From contig NC_043003.1 in the NCBI RefSeq assembly GCF_006345805.1, positions 82,832,001-82,896,000 on the forward strand: a stretch of DNA of 64,000 nucleotides, read 5' to 3'. Both the position numbers and the translations under genes were made by a program. Positions 1-13,344 of the stretch are shown here, piece after piece. Origin of the DNA: Octopus sinensis (taxonomy: Eukaryota). How positions within the stretch are numbered: position 1 is the stretch's first letter; every line of letters begins with the position of its first letter. The notes under the pieces are model-generated. The model ran no database searches and was not told the origin of the DNA. It saw nothing but the letters and a program-made list of their open reading frames with translations.

Positions 1-118
1 AATGAGCAAGTGTCTTCCAGTCTAGACTTTGACTGACAAAAATCTTGTGAGTGTATATCGGAGACGGAAAGCGAAAGGAGCCCGTCGCACACCTGTGCCT
101 GTGTGCGTGTGTGTGTGT

Positions 119-150
<32 letters not shown>

Positions 151-417
151 TGTGTGTGTCTGTGTATCTGTGTCTGTGTGTCTGTGTGTGTGTGTTTGTG
201 TGTGCATGTCTTTGTCCCCATTCGCTACTTGACAACCGGTGGTTGTGGGTTCACGTCTGCATAACATAGTGGTTCGGCGAAAGGAGATGATAGAATGAAT
301 ACTAGACTTGAAAAACTGATAAGTCCTAGTATCGATTTGTTCGACTAAAACCCTTCAAGGCGGTGCCCCAGCATGGCTGTAGTCAAATGACCGAGACAAG
401 TAAATGATAAAAGATAA
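1..417 (+). mobile_element. tRNA-derived SINE (family A), head cut off by window edge, internal (TG)n, LINE-like 3' tail
   Basis: Shares caagtgtcttc...gacggaaa..gaaag..cccgtcg-(TG)n-...tcgactaaa..ggcggtgccccagcatggc..agtcaaatgac with copies at 24589, 58105 and 61255. Confidence 0.8.
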
Positions 418-1310
418 CTTCAGCTTTATAATGCAGGTTGAATTTCCTCTTATTATTCTACATATACAGAATGAATTCGAACTAATGAACTTCATTTGTA
501 TAGCAAGATTAACACCATACATCTTAGATAAACCATTGCCTCTTTCAGCAGATATAATTACACTTGTTGAACACTAAAACTTTCAGAACAAATTGAACAT
601 ATAAATATTGTAAATATACATTCTAATGACAAGATTAATGACTCGTAAATTACCATCTTGGAAACAATTCATCATCAAATTTTAAATTTACTGTACACGC
701 ACTGAAGAAGGACAAAATATCCTCCAACAAAACAAATACAGAAGACATAAATTCAAATGTTTTCATGTAGGTATTTGATTATGTATTTTGCTTGTGCCTC
801 GAGGATATACATTGAGACATATACGATTAAATATAACACATGCATATGTACACTATGACAGTCTACGCACTTACACAAACATACAAACACATAGAGAATG
901 CGAGAGACTTTCATGTATATGATTGTAATCTTACATGAGATGTGTGACCATAATCACATGTGTTACAGGAGTCGCCTCTGTTTTCGAATAAATACAAACT
1001 GCTATAGGAATTACATTTACTTTCTTCTTTTTCTCTCATCGACATAGGGGCATGTAACTGCACACAGACAAACACTTATGTACACAAGCACGCTCACACA
1101 AATATGGACGACGCGTCTTAACGCTTGTTCTTATGTCTAGATATATGTAAAAAAACAATTTATATTATATAAAAACAGATTCTATTGAATACAAATAAAT
1201 ATATATAATCATACATCATGTAGCTTCATATTCATACATGTGCCCATGTGTGTGTATGTGTGTGTGTTTATGTACACAAACATACATGTATGTATATATA
1301 GATATATATG

Positions 1311-2331
1311 AAAAAGAAGAACGAAAATCCTACTCTCCTGAAATAAGTTACATTTTCGTTTTCTTTATATAAATTCATTAAACGAAGAATGTTTTGGTTC
1401 TGTTTTACATGTTTCGGTTTTCGGTTTTTGAAAACCTGCCATATAATTCTTACCACCCGAGATACTCCAGGATGAATATCCCATTTTGTTTTGTCAAAAG
1501 AATATGCACAATAATATCAGACGCAAACATCCGTTACACACAACTCCAGGAATTGAAAACCACACTCATCAATAGGAATTATCCACAACCCTTAATCGAC
1601 AACGCGTACTTAAATTAAATACACAGGAACTTAGACAACCAAGACCAAAGAAGGAAGAAAACTTGAAAACTCTGCCTTACATTTCCACACACAACCCACA
1701 TAACAATGAGGCCTTCAACACTATACTCCACAGCACAGCTCTAATCAAGAGAGACCCAAAGATGAATCAAATCCCCAAAACACACGCAATGATCAAAAGT
1801 AAGAGACAACTAAAATCAATGAAAAAGATTTTAACCCAGACCAAATTACACCCAACAGTAACCACAAAGACGACCCGTAAATAAGTGCGGGAGATCCAAC
1901 TGTGGGAGTTGTATCAACATAATAGAAGAATCAGAATACCGATTAGAACAAGGCAAAACCTTTACCATAAAAACTTATTTTACATGTGCATCGGAGAATT
2001 TGATTTACTTAATTACATGCTCGGAATGCAAACGGCAATATGTTGGACACACAAAAAACACCCTACGTCAGAGAATGGCGGTGCACAAATCTCAAATTAG
2101 AATTCTCTAATACAGGAAAATACCTCTCAACAAGCACATCGATGAATGTGCATCCAACAAATTTCCCAAATTCACGACGTTTCCATTATAGAAATTCAAA
2201 TACAATGCTTGCCAAAATGAACGCATTAGCTAGGAAACGCATTTCATTAGATATCGACCGAGTCTAAATTCTTTAATCTTGCAACACGGAGACTTTATAT
2301 ATATATATATATATGTATGTGAATGCATATG

Positions 2332-2386
<55 letters not shown>

Positions 2387-2501
2387 TATATATGTATGTA
2401 TATATGTATATACTGTTATATATATATATATATGTATGTATGTAGTGTTTGTATGTATATATATGTATATATATATATTTATATATATGTATATATATAT
2501 G

Positions 2502-2542
<41 letters not shown>

Positions 2543-3065
2543 TATATATATGATGTATGTATGTATATATATGGATATGCAAGTTTTTGAAAAGAAATAA
2601 AGATAAGGGGTCGAAGACACGTATTTCTGTTAATGCCCCAGAGGGAACAATTCACTACGACGACTATTATTATTACTACTGCTAGTTGTTCGACAGCTAC
2701 AGCCACTCCTATAGAAAACAAGTCTTGACCATACTACTTAATTTACCATCACAGATAGTAGTAACTTGCGGTCACAGACAGTAATGGAAATTACCACGTG
2801 CCCTTGCAGAAAAAAAGGAAAGCAAACGATGAATGTTTATTTTAATTTCAATTTTAATTTTATTGATAGCTCTTTTCTCTCTACATATTCCATTTTAGTG
2901 CATATTTTCATAAGGTTTTTCAAAATCCGAAACATGTAAAACAGAATTAAAACATTCTTCTTTTAATGTATCTATATAAAGAAAATTAAAATGCACCTAA
3001 TTTCATGAGAGTAGCATTTTTCATTCTTGTTTTTAAATATCTATTTACTCGTGTGTTACCTCTGA
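1311..3065 (+). mobile_element. Penelope-like retroelement (PLE), 5'-truncated, with inverted terminal arms
   Basis: Degraded RT-thumb/linker (LPYNSYHPRY..NIPF..KRICTII; LPYISTHNP) and GIY-YIG nuclease; 1311-1437 is the reverse complement of 2913-3034; both ends run into TA-rich microsatellite. Confidence 0.85.
1436..2270 (+). pseudogene. PLE ORF C-terminus incl. GIY-YIG endonuclease (stops/frameshifts)
   Basis: Manual translation from 1883: KCGRSNCGSC...FTCASENLIYLITCSECKRQYVGHTKNTLRQRMAVH, i.e. Cys-rich linker plus GIY-YIG motif; this frame is not shown in the ORF track. Confidence 0.85.
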
Positions 3066-3127
3066 ATATATATATATATATATATATTTATATAATATAA
3101 TATATATATATTATTTATATATATATA

Positions 3128-3201
<74 letters not shown>

Positions 3202-3470
3202 TATACATATACATATATATATATACATATATATACATATAATATATTATTCACACATATATATATATACAACATATATATAGATAAACATATATATATA
3301 TGTATATATATACATATATATATATATATAATATATATATATTATATATTATATATATATGTATGTATGTATGTATGTATACGTATATATGTATATATGG
3401 TATATAGATACACGAAATTACGAAAAAGATGGGAGAGGTATGTTTATATATATATATATATATATAACTA
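3066..3470. repeat. (TA)n-rich microsatellite
   Basis: Direct reading. Confidence 0.95.
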
Positions 3471-3974
3471 TATACATGGTGTATGGAGTTGGGGAAGATA
3501 ATTATACCTAAGGATTTAAATATTAATCTAGAAAAAGCTTCTACATTTGTAAGAAAGAACTTAAAGATTCTTACATGATAAACTTATATTTAAAACTATA
3601 TAAATTTAAATATATGTAGTCATATGTATATCGTATTTATGTACTCTATGCGAATCTGACTTAGATAATATACGGTTTTTTGCTAGTTTTTAATGGGCAA
3701 TTAATATAATTAATCTAATTACTCATTTAGTTATTAATAAACTAAGCTTGAATGTAAATTACTTCTGCACGATATGCAAAAATTCGTCGCTCTTAGACAA
3801 ATACAGACGCTTGTAGATTACCACCAAGCTGTATACTTGTACGAATACGTAGATCAGGTAATTTTTTACTGTCATCTATTCTAAAAGCTTCTTCTGCAGA
3901 AAAGCATATGCTGGAAACGTAAAAGGCTGCGTCTTCTATTCTTCCTGAGCGTAAACTTGTAGGGTGTAAAATGT

Positions 3975-4117
3975 ACCCATTTTACATCACAGTAGCTGAG
4001 TAGGCTGGAGCAATGTTGAATTAAGTGTTTTGCTCAAGGACAATGCACCGCTGGTCTGCAAATCCAAACTGCGTTCCTGCGATTGTACGTGTAATACCCT
4101 AACAGTAAAGCCTTCAC
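3975..4117 (-). mobile_element. Degenerate SINE fragment
   Basis: Minus strand ccttgagcaaaacacttaattcaacattgctccagcctactcagct resembles a tRNA-SINE core. Confidence 0.45.
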
Positions 4118-4180
4118 ATATAAGTACACACAAACACAAAACACACAAACACAGATAGACATTTAGAATATGGGCACACC

Positions 4181-4615
<435 letters not shown>

Positions 4616-5750
4616 AGAAAGAAACTTTAGGTCAGTTCTAATATACCTGGGATATATTTCACCTGTGAAGTTTCATTTCTATTGCAGTTTTGTGTGGAGA
4701 AACATTCTCGTTTCAGGCGAAAGACGTGAAAATCACTAAAGGCAATTCGGAGCGTACGTTGTGGATCGGAAGAAGAATTTCTAGCTCCTTTGCTGTCTTT
4801 ATTATCAGGTAGCAAACGAGACAACTCCAAACTGACAGGAATGCTTCATTTCCCTATCGGAATTTACTACGTCGTAAAGTATCAACACGAGCAACAACAA
4901 CAACAGAATCAAGCAAAGTAATGCACTCATCACCACTACCAACCACAACATCAGCAATATCTATTACAACAACGATAATAACAAGAAAAAACGAGAAGTA
5001 CGAAATCGAAAAGAGCAGCAGCACCAGGAACAATGGCAATAACAACTAATACAACAGCAACGACGACGACGGCAACAGCAATGTCAATTATAGTAAATTC
5101 AAAACAACCTCAAAAGACTGTGGATTTCAACTGTAACGTGAACTGTCAGAATCCTTCGAAAGCTGGACAAAATGCTTCACGACGTTTCGTACATCTTTAC
5201 ATTCTGAGTTCAAATTCGGTCGAGACCAATTTTGCTTTTCATTCTTTCGGGGCTCGATAAAATCAGCATCAGCGGTGCATTGGGGTCATTGTAATCAACT
5301 TACTCCACGCCCCCGAAATTGCTGACCTTTTGCCGAAATTTGAAACTAGTACAGATTTGGAAGGCAAAAGATTTGAACCTGAGGCACCGGCACTACTTAG
5401 TCAGGTCACATGTGAGCGTACTTCTCTATGAATAAAAATATAAACCACGGACGCTCATCTACAAATGTTTCAACAAGAATAGTAGAAAGGTTGAAAACAC
5501 ATGTTAAGCACAAGCTGAGGAAATGCTTGAATGAGGTAGGGGAATCAGTGTGACATCTAAGAAAAGGGAAACAAATTCGAATAATAGAAGTCCTTTGCCC
5601 TAACGATGAAGAGGATATGAAAGCGTTAAGCTAATACATTTGTTGTTTACACACCCGTCTTCGTCTTTTGTCTTTTTCTAAATCCTCACTATATATACAT
5701 ACATATACATTGTCATATGTAATCTATGTACGCATATATCTGTGAGATTA

Positions 5751-6165
5751 AAGGCGGCGAGCTGACACAAACGTTAGCACGCCGGGCGAAATATTTTGCA
5801 GTATTTCGACTGTCGCTACGTTCTGAGTTCAAATTCCGCCGCGGTCGACTTTGCCTTTCATCCTTTCGGGGTCGATTAAATAAGTACCAGTTACGCACTG
5901 GGGTCGATATAATCGACTTAATCCGTTTGTCTGTCCTTGTTTGTCCTCTCTGTGTTTATCCCCTTATGGGTAGTAAAGAAATAGGTATTTCGTTTGCCGC
6001 TACGTTCCGAGTTCAAATTCCGCCGAGATCGATTTGCCTTTCATCATTTCGGGGTCGATTAAATAAGTACCAGTTACGCACTGGGATCGATATAATCGAC
6101 TTAATCCGTTTGTCTGTCCTTGTTTATCCCCCCTGTGTTTAGCTCCTTGTCGGCAATAAAGAAAT
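5751..6165 (+). mobile_element. SINE family B, duplicated body, 17-bp TSD
   Basis: ggcggcgagctg head, gttcaaattcc B-box, body tttgcctttcatcctttcggggtcgat present twice; TSD atatatctgtgagatta at 5734-5750 and 6166-6182. Confidence 0.9.
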
Positions 6166-6765
6166 ATATATCTGTGAGATTATATATATATTTGTGTGTG
6201 TGTGTGTATGTGTGTGTGTGTGTGTGCGCGCGTGTGTATGTTAGCATGTGCAGACGCGTGTTCACGTGTGTGTGTGCGTGCGCTGTTTTACAAACTAGTC
6301 GTGTCAGGAGATATCTGCTTGATACCTGCTGGTCCTAAACGTTACATTTGCTGATTGCATGTCAAGTGTCATGTGTTACCGAATACTGAAATATATACAA
6401 CAACTGGCATAAAAGAGTACTAATTAATGCCCATCTTTTTCACTTATTATGTATAGATATATATTTGTGTATTTAGCAGTATCAGCGCCAAGCAGTGTTT
6501 AGGCATAGGCGAACTTTAGGTTAGTTAAAACATGTTTATGACCATATTTGAAACAATATAAATTCGCTTATATATATATCTATCTATCTATATATATATG
6601 GATGGATGTGTGTATGCATATATATATATTTATGGATGTGTGTATGTATGTATTGTTGTATTATATATATTATATAATATATATATATATATATATATTA
6701 TATTTATATATATACATATTTATATATATACAAATATATATATATACACATATATATATATAGAC

Positions 6766-6800
<35 letters not shown>

Positions 6801-6839
6801 TGGATAGATAGATAGATAGATAGGGATATAGAAATATAC

Positions 6840-6913
<74 letters not shown>

Positions 6914-7461
6914 TGTATGGTTCCAAGTCCTCTGAATGGTTGGACCTGAGAGGAGTATGTTAATTGAAAACAGTGATAAAATATTGCTACAAGTCTGTGC
7001 TTCAATATGGTGAAACACATTGTGCTATCAACAGCACCAAATTCATCCATGAAGCTTGTTTGTTGATTGATCAATGCCACCATACCTAGAACGCAGCAGA
7101 TATGCTTAATTATTATAGGACATTCAGAACTGAAAAGTAATTCCAATAATAGGTTTTCTATACAGCAATTCCATAGTATTACTCGCTGTATTGTTGGTGT
7201 TAGTGTTGTTATTCTCACCACTTTCACGACTACTGCTGTAGTCATCGTTGTAATTGCTATAGCTGTTGGTTTTGATTCTTCTGTACTTAACACTGACAAA
7301 CTATTGATGAGAGACAATCAGAGACGATAAGATTGATGTTATTGTATATAAATATTTACATATACTGTTTGTCGTCTTCTCCAATAATTTCCGGTCTGTT
7401 TCCGCCAAATCTTTAGAAATAAATGACACAGTATTTTTATTTATCTTCGTCTTTTTCTTCT

Positions 7462-7486
7462 CATTATTATTATTATTATTATTATG

Positions 7487-7543
<57 letters not shown>
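7462..7543. repeat. (TAT)n microsatellite
   Basis: Direct reading. Confidence 0.95.
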
Positions 7544-8188
7544 GCCTTTATGTTGGTAGAGTTTCTTTGTCTTTGAACACTAAAAATCTCGAAAGCTACT
7601 TCATAACGATAGCAGGGACCACGCTTATATATAATTTATAATTCACCACTTGCAATCAAATGTTTTATTCTCTAGATTTCAAGCAGAACTAAAACTACCA
7701 TTATAGAGGGCATTGAGAGATATTTGTAAACGTTAATATGACAATCATTGTACGCCAGCTATATTTTAGTAATGTTCCTACCCCACTGATTTAACAAATG
7801 GGAAAATCTAAACTTTTACCACTATTGATTTTTTTTCTCTGGCAAATAGCCATATTTCCTAAAACGGTAGATTTAAAATTCTTTAATACAGAGGGAATCA
7901 CAACAAACTCACCCACCGAGAGTAACAGATGCTAAGTTTTCTTCAAATTACGCGCTTGTTTCTTAAAGCCAAATGTATGCATTGGATAATGAAGGTGTAA
8001 ACAGTCGAGAAGGAAAAGATGAAAGCAAAACCCACATGCGGGAAATTGCCCTTGATCATTGGTCTGTTCTATTAGGGCTGACCTAGGTTTAAATGGCAAA
8101 AACCGATACAGTTTTGTGGGAAGAACTCACTATTTTCAAATCTGAATCGACAATAGTTCCGACATGAAGATGGAACCTTACTCTAAAA

Positions 8189-8440
8189 CAGTATTTCTCA
8201 ACCATTTGTACCTGTGGACCCCTTTGATTCCCATTTTCTCTCTAAGGGAGCAGCCATAGCCATCTGATGATTAAAGAACCTATAATATTTTTATAATTAA
8301 ATATTATTAAGAAATGTATGAAAAAACTGGTGAAATGTATTGTGCATTGCACAAGCATAACTAATTTCTCATATAAATGTTAACAACAAAATCTTATGTG
8401 GAACCCCAAGGGTTATATGAACCTCGCTTGAGAACCACTG
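8189..8440. mobile_element. hAT (Charlie-like) MITE
   Basis: TIRs cagtatttctcaa / ttgagaaccactg; 8-bp TSD ctctaaaa (8181-8188) / atctaaaa (8441-8448). Confidence 0.8.
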
Positions 8441-8934
8441 ATCTAAAACATTTAATCCATCTTTACATAAAATCCACTGTAGCAATCATATATATGTAAA
8501 ACAGTTAACGAAAGTTTTTAACATTGGGAGCGAAATCAATAAGAGCAATGCACTTAAAGATATGTGGTAAAGTTGAAACAATACAAAATAAATGATTTAA
8601 TTTTTTCATGTGATGTAGTACTTACTTGAAACACCTGCATATTTATTTTAATTTGTCAGCACATGTTGAAATGTTGTTACTGAGTGTAAAGAGACGACGC
8701 AACGGTAAAGAACAAGATCTCAGATTGGTGTATACACAGGCGAAAGCAGAAGCACATACATACTCATATGTATATGTCTGTCCGTATGTATTCACATACT
8801 CAAATACGTGTATATGCATTCGCGCGCACACACACACACACACACACAAACACATATATGAATGCGTGTATGTACGGGACGCATATATAAGTGTGTGTGT
8901 GTGTACGTATTTACTTTTTGAGGTAAAGGTATAC

Positions 8935-8980
<46 letters not shown>

Positions 8981-9257
8981 ATGTATACGTCTACATAGAG
9001 ATCAGTAAATACATTAAAGAAATATGTAAAATTATTTAACATTTATGATGGTAGCATTTAATCATAAAAGAAAATATAGCTGAATAATATAAGGATTAAC
9101 GCATTAAATAACGTATAATAACAATGTATGCTACAAAGCATATCTCAAAGCAGCATGCTCAAGAAACACAGTATACACATATCATACATATATACTTCGA
9201 AAATAATTCAACACACACATTGCCACACGCACATCTATACCCCCATAATTAAAAGTA

Positions 9258-9310
<53 letters not shown>

Positions 9311-9343
9311 GCATGCATGTATGCATGTATGTATGTATATGTA

Positions 9344-9397
<54 letters not shown>

Positions 9398-9403
9398 GTG
9401 TGT

Positions 9404-9434
<31 letters not shown>

Positions 9435-9549
9435 AGTGTGTGTTTGTGCGTGCGTGTGTGTATGAATATGCATAAAACATGCGCTTCGTTTATATATATG
9501 ATATACACGAAGAAGCACACAGACGCAAAAGCATGGTGGAAAAAATAGT

Positions 9550-9712
9550 GTTAGAATACCAAAAGTGGAGTAATATACTATTTATTAAAAGTGAAAAAGA
9601 TCATCATAAACTATTATTCGGAGTTTCACGTGACCGTTTGTGAGTTAGTTACAATATTATCGCAACTATCTGACAAACGGTAGCATGAAACACTGAGTAA
9701 AATATATTTTCA
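9550..9712. mobile_element. Short palindromic repeat with two divergent degenerate hammerhead motifs
   Basis: 9609-9650 (-) and 9664-9705 (+) are imperfect inverted copies; related single copy at ~15118-15216. Confidence 0.6.
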
Positions 9713-9719
9713 GCTAGTA

Positions 9720-10367
9720 TAGGGTGCAATTGATATATTGTCGTCAAAATTACACAAAAATGAGATTTCAAATTAACAGATATATTTACCAAAATTACAG
9801 AAAAATATCTTGAAATACTAAAGAGTAAATTTATTCAATAAAAACATCATTAGCTTCAACCACGGCTTCCAGACGACTTCGGAATCTCTTGCAACCCACC
9901 TGGATGGTATTCTTGTTTATGTTGGTGAATGCTGCTATAATCTTTGTCTTCAGTTCATCTTTGATGTTACAAGCAGTTTTGTCCCACCTTAAACTGCGCC
10001 CCACACATTTTAATCAAGGGTGTTACTGTCTCGGGAGTTAGGTGACCAGATGTTAGGAGTGATGTAGTCGCAGAAATTGTCTCACAGCCGAGTCTGGGTT
10101 CTCCTGCTCGTGTGGCATGGTGCAGAGTCCTGTTGACAGACATAGGATCCTATAGCAGCCACCCTCTTCACCCACGGTAGCACTGCCTCCTCTAGGCACT
10201 GGATGTAGGCCGCCGAGTTGAGTGTGAGACCGTGAGTGATGATGAAGGTCACCATCTCTAGTCATCACTCCAAACACCATGATGTTGACTGAATCTTTGA
10301 TTTTTATCGCTCTCGGTACATGTTTTGGGGACACGGCAAGCCATTAGATGTTCTGTGTGTTCACCAT
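9720..10367 (-). mobile_element. Tc1/mariner DD37D (maT-type) transposon remnant, 3' half
   Basis: Minus translation VNIMVFGVMTRDG ... QQDSAPCH ... WSPNSRDSNTLDxNVWG with 37 residues between the last two catalytic Asp; TA-(T)AGGGTG end. Confidence 0.85.
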
Positions 10368-10530
10368 ATCTATATACATAAATGTATAATGGTGTCTATC
10401 TGTGTGTGTGCGGGGGTTACTTTAACTCCTCCCACACTTTCCAACTGATTTTTATGATTTTTAGTACATAGGTAGATCATATGACCTGAAGTTCAAATAA
10501 GGCCGGAATTTTCAGGAAACTCGATAATGC
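10368..10530 (+). mobile_element. Possible non-autonomous Helitron-like 5' fragment
   Basis: Starts a|tctatatacataaa followed by gtctatctgtgtgt and ctgatttttatgatttttagtacatagg; no 3' CTRR/hairpin identified. Confidence 0.3.
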
Positions 10531-10534
10531 ACAG

Positions 10535-10710
10535 CTGGCTAAGTGGTATTTTGTCTGTCTTTACGTATTGAGCTCAAATTCTGTCGAGTTCGCCTTTGTC
10601 TGTCATCATTTCGGGGTTGATAAATTAAACACCAGTTGCGTAATGGAATCAAATCTAATCAACTGACCACTTCCTCAAATATTTCGAGCTATATTCCTAG
10701 AGTAGAAAAA
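10535..10710 (+). mobile_element. SINE family B, degenerate
   Basis: gtattttgtctgtctttacg...tcatttcggggttgataaattaa...tcctagagtagaaaa. Confidence 0.75.
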
Positions 10711-10715
10711 TATAT

Positions 10716-12540
10716 ACGCTGTAAACTACATAAAATCTAACCCCAGAGCTTTCTACAGGTATGCCAAAGAAACAGCTACGGTGCACTGTAGGATAGGGCC
10801 ACTCCTTGAAAAGGATGGCACATTCACAGGAAATCCAATGAGAGTAAGTGAAATACTAAATGAGCAATTCATGAGTATTTTCACGCCACCCCTAGGGCAT
10901 TTTCAAGTCAGCAATCCAACTGACTTCTTTACCACTGCAGATATAAAATCGGAGGCAGCGATTATTGATTACTTCAATATAAAGGAAGACGATGTAATAA
11001 AGGCTATTGATGAAATGAAAACAAACACAGCTACTGGCCCAGATGGATTCCCAGCAATACTTCTAAAAGTATGTAAGAGAGTCCTAGCAAGACCCTTGCA
11101 TTTCTTCTTTTAGAGCTTCCTTGTAACTGGCAAACTTCCAAGAAAACTGAAGGAAGGTAAAATATGCCCGATTCATAAAGGAGGTAGCAGAGTGGAGGCC
11201 AAGAACTACAGACCTATCTCTCTGACCTCACACATCAGCAACGTCATGAAACGAATAGTCAGAAGAAAACTAATCACCTTCCTTAAAGAAAATGACTTGC
11301 TGCCGGACACCCAACATGGTTTCCGACCAGGAAGAAGCTGCTTAACTCAGCTCCAACAACACTATGACTGGGTGCTGAAACGACTGCTCAACCACTCAAA
11401 TGTGGAAGTCATATATCTCGACTTTGCAAAGGCCTTTGATAAAGTCGATCATGGAATGCTATGTCACAAACTGCGTGATCTTGGCATAGTTGGAAAATTG
11501 GGAGAATGGCTTCATGACTTTCTGAAGGATAGAAGACAGGTGGTAGTAGCCAATGGGGCCACTTCCATTAACACGCAAATAGTGAGCGGTGTTCCGCAAG
11601 GCACTGTTTTTGGACCACTACTGTTCATAATGGCCCTCTCAGACATGCCCTCAGCTACGCAGAGAACCACAATCACAAGTTATGCAGATGATACAAAAGT
11701 TTCACAGGTAATACAGAACCCTGAAGACACTAAGCACCTGCAATGTGTGCTGGACAAAATATACAAGTGGGCTGAAAAGAATAGCATGCAGTTCAATGCT
11801 GAAAAGTTTCAAGCTCTATGCTATCAGCACGCAAAACTAAATGCAATACCCAACAAATACACTGGACCTGGAGGGACTGCAATCCCAGAGGCACAATCAG
11901 TGCGAGACCTGGGTATTTACATGAGTGATGATGCAACCTTGCATGTGCATGTTGCTAAATTGGCAATGAAATGTAGGCGGCTGACCTACACGAAGAAGAT
12001 GGCCTCTGTGCAGCATATAAGCTATTGGGAAAGACTCAAGAGATTGAGACTATATTCCTTAGAGCGTAGGCGAGAAAGATATGCCATAATATAAATCTGG
12101 AAGATCCCAGAAGGACTTGTCCCAAACTTTGGCATCGAGAGTTACACAAATGCCAGAACTGAGCGCCACTGCATAGTGCCAAGGACTCTAAATTTGCCAT
12201 CAAGATGTAGGACAAGATACTGTGATGGCCTGGGCTACCGAGGCTCACACCTCTTCAATATCCTCCCGAAGAACCTAAGAGACATGCATGGGGTGGACGC
12301 AGATGTCTTTAAAATGAAACTGGATCTCTTCTTGTCAGGTATCCCAGATGAACCAACTTCACGGCAGGAGGTGCAGATGAGGGCAGCTGCATCGAACTCT
12401 CTCATGCACCAAATGGCAATTGCTAAAAAGCACTCGTGAAGTAAAATCATGTAGCAACACCAAATGGCGGTGCCCCAGCATGGCCACAGCTTGTGAGCTG
12501 AAACTAGATAAAAAAAAATGAAATAAAATAAAATATAATT
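10716..12540 (+). mobile_element. CR1-group LINE, 5'-truncated ORF2 (reverse transcriptase) plus 3' UTR
   Basis: GPDGFPA, NYRPISLTS, QHGFRPGRSC, YLDFAKAFDKVDH, SGVPQGTVFGPLLF, YADDTK, VRDLG, LERRR motifs; in-frame stops at ~11111 and ~12092; A-rich tail. Confidence 0.92.
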
Positions 12541-12694
12541 GAGCAAAGCGAACCCAGCATTTAACCATCGGATGAAATACATTGGTATTGCTTATCTTAA
12601 GTAATTTCAGGTGCTTCTTACCACTAGGATACGGTTAGGAATAAGTGCTCGAACGGTACTCGCCTAGATATTCCATCCCCATCTCTTCACTGTA

Positions 12695-13014
<320 letters not shown>

Positions 13015-13019
13015 CAATT

Positions 13020-13228
13020 CAATAAACTAATAATTTAGAAACGAATGAATATTTAAAAGAGAAATAAAATAGAAACGTGAGGACTCGCACAAGTATTATA
13101 TTTCTTTGACGCTCGGTGAAAGAAAAGAGCATCTTACGCTCGGAGCAAGGCTCTTCATCGGAAAGAAGAAAGGGAAGAGTCCAAAGAAGAAGGAAAATAG
13201 CCAACGGCCCAAGTGTGGTTACATTTCA
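13020..13228 (-). mobile_element. Short TA-flanked repeat with decayed hammerhead motif (PLE pLTR-like)
   Basis: Minus 13166-13130: CCGAUGA-A-GAGC-CUU-GCUC-(CGAG)-CG-UA; downstream cgagcgtcaaa shared with 26597 and, less exactly, 3946. Confidence 0.5.
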
Positions 13229-13281
13229 TATGTATATATATATGTATATATGTATGTGTGCATGTATGCATGTATGTATAT

Positions 13282-13344
<63 letters not shown>

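Noticed and set aside
695-740. CTGAAGA-AGGA..TCCT as a hammerhead
   Set aside because: No GAAA after the stem and no stem I/III
6670-7330. 215-aa and 87-aa ORFs
   Set aside because: Degenerate trinucleotide and dinucleotide low-complexity sequence; no domain
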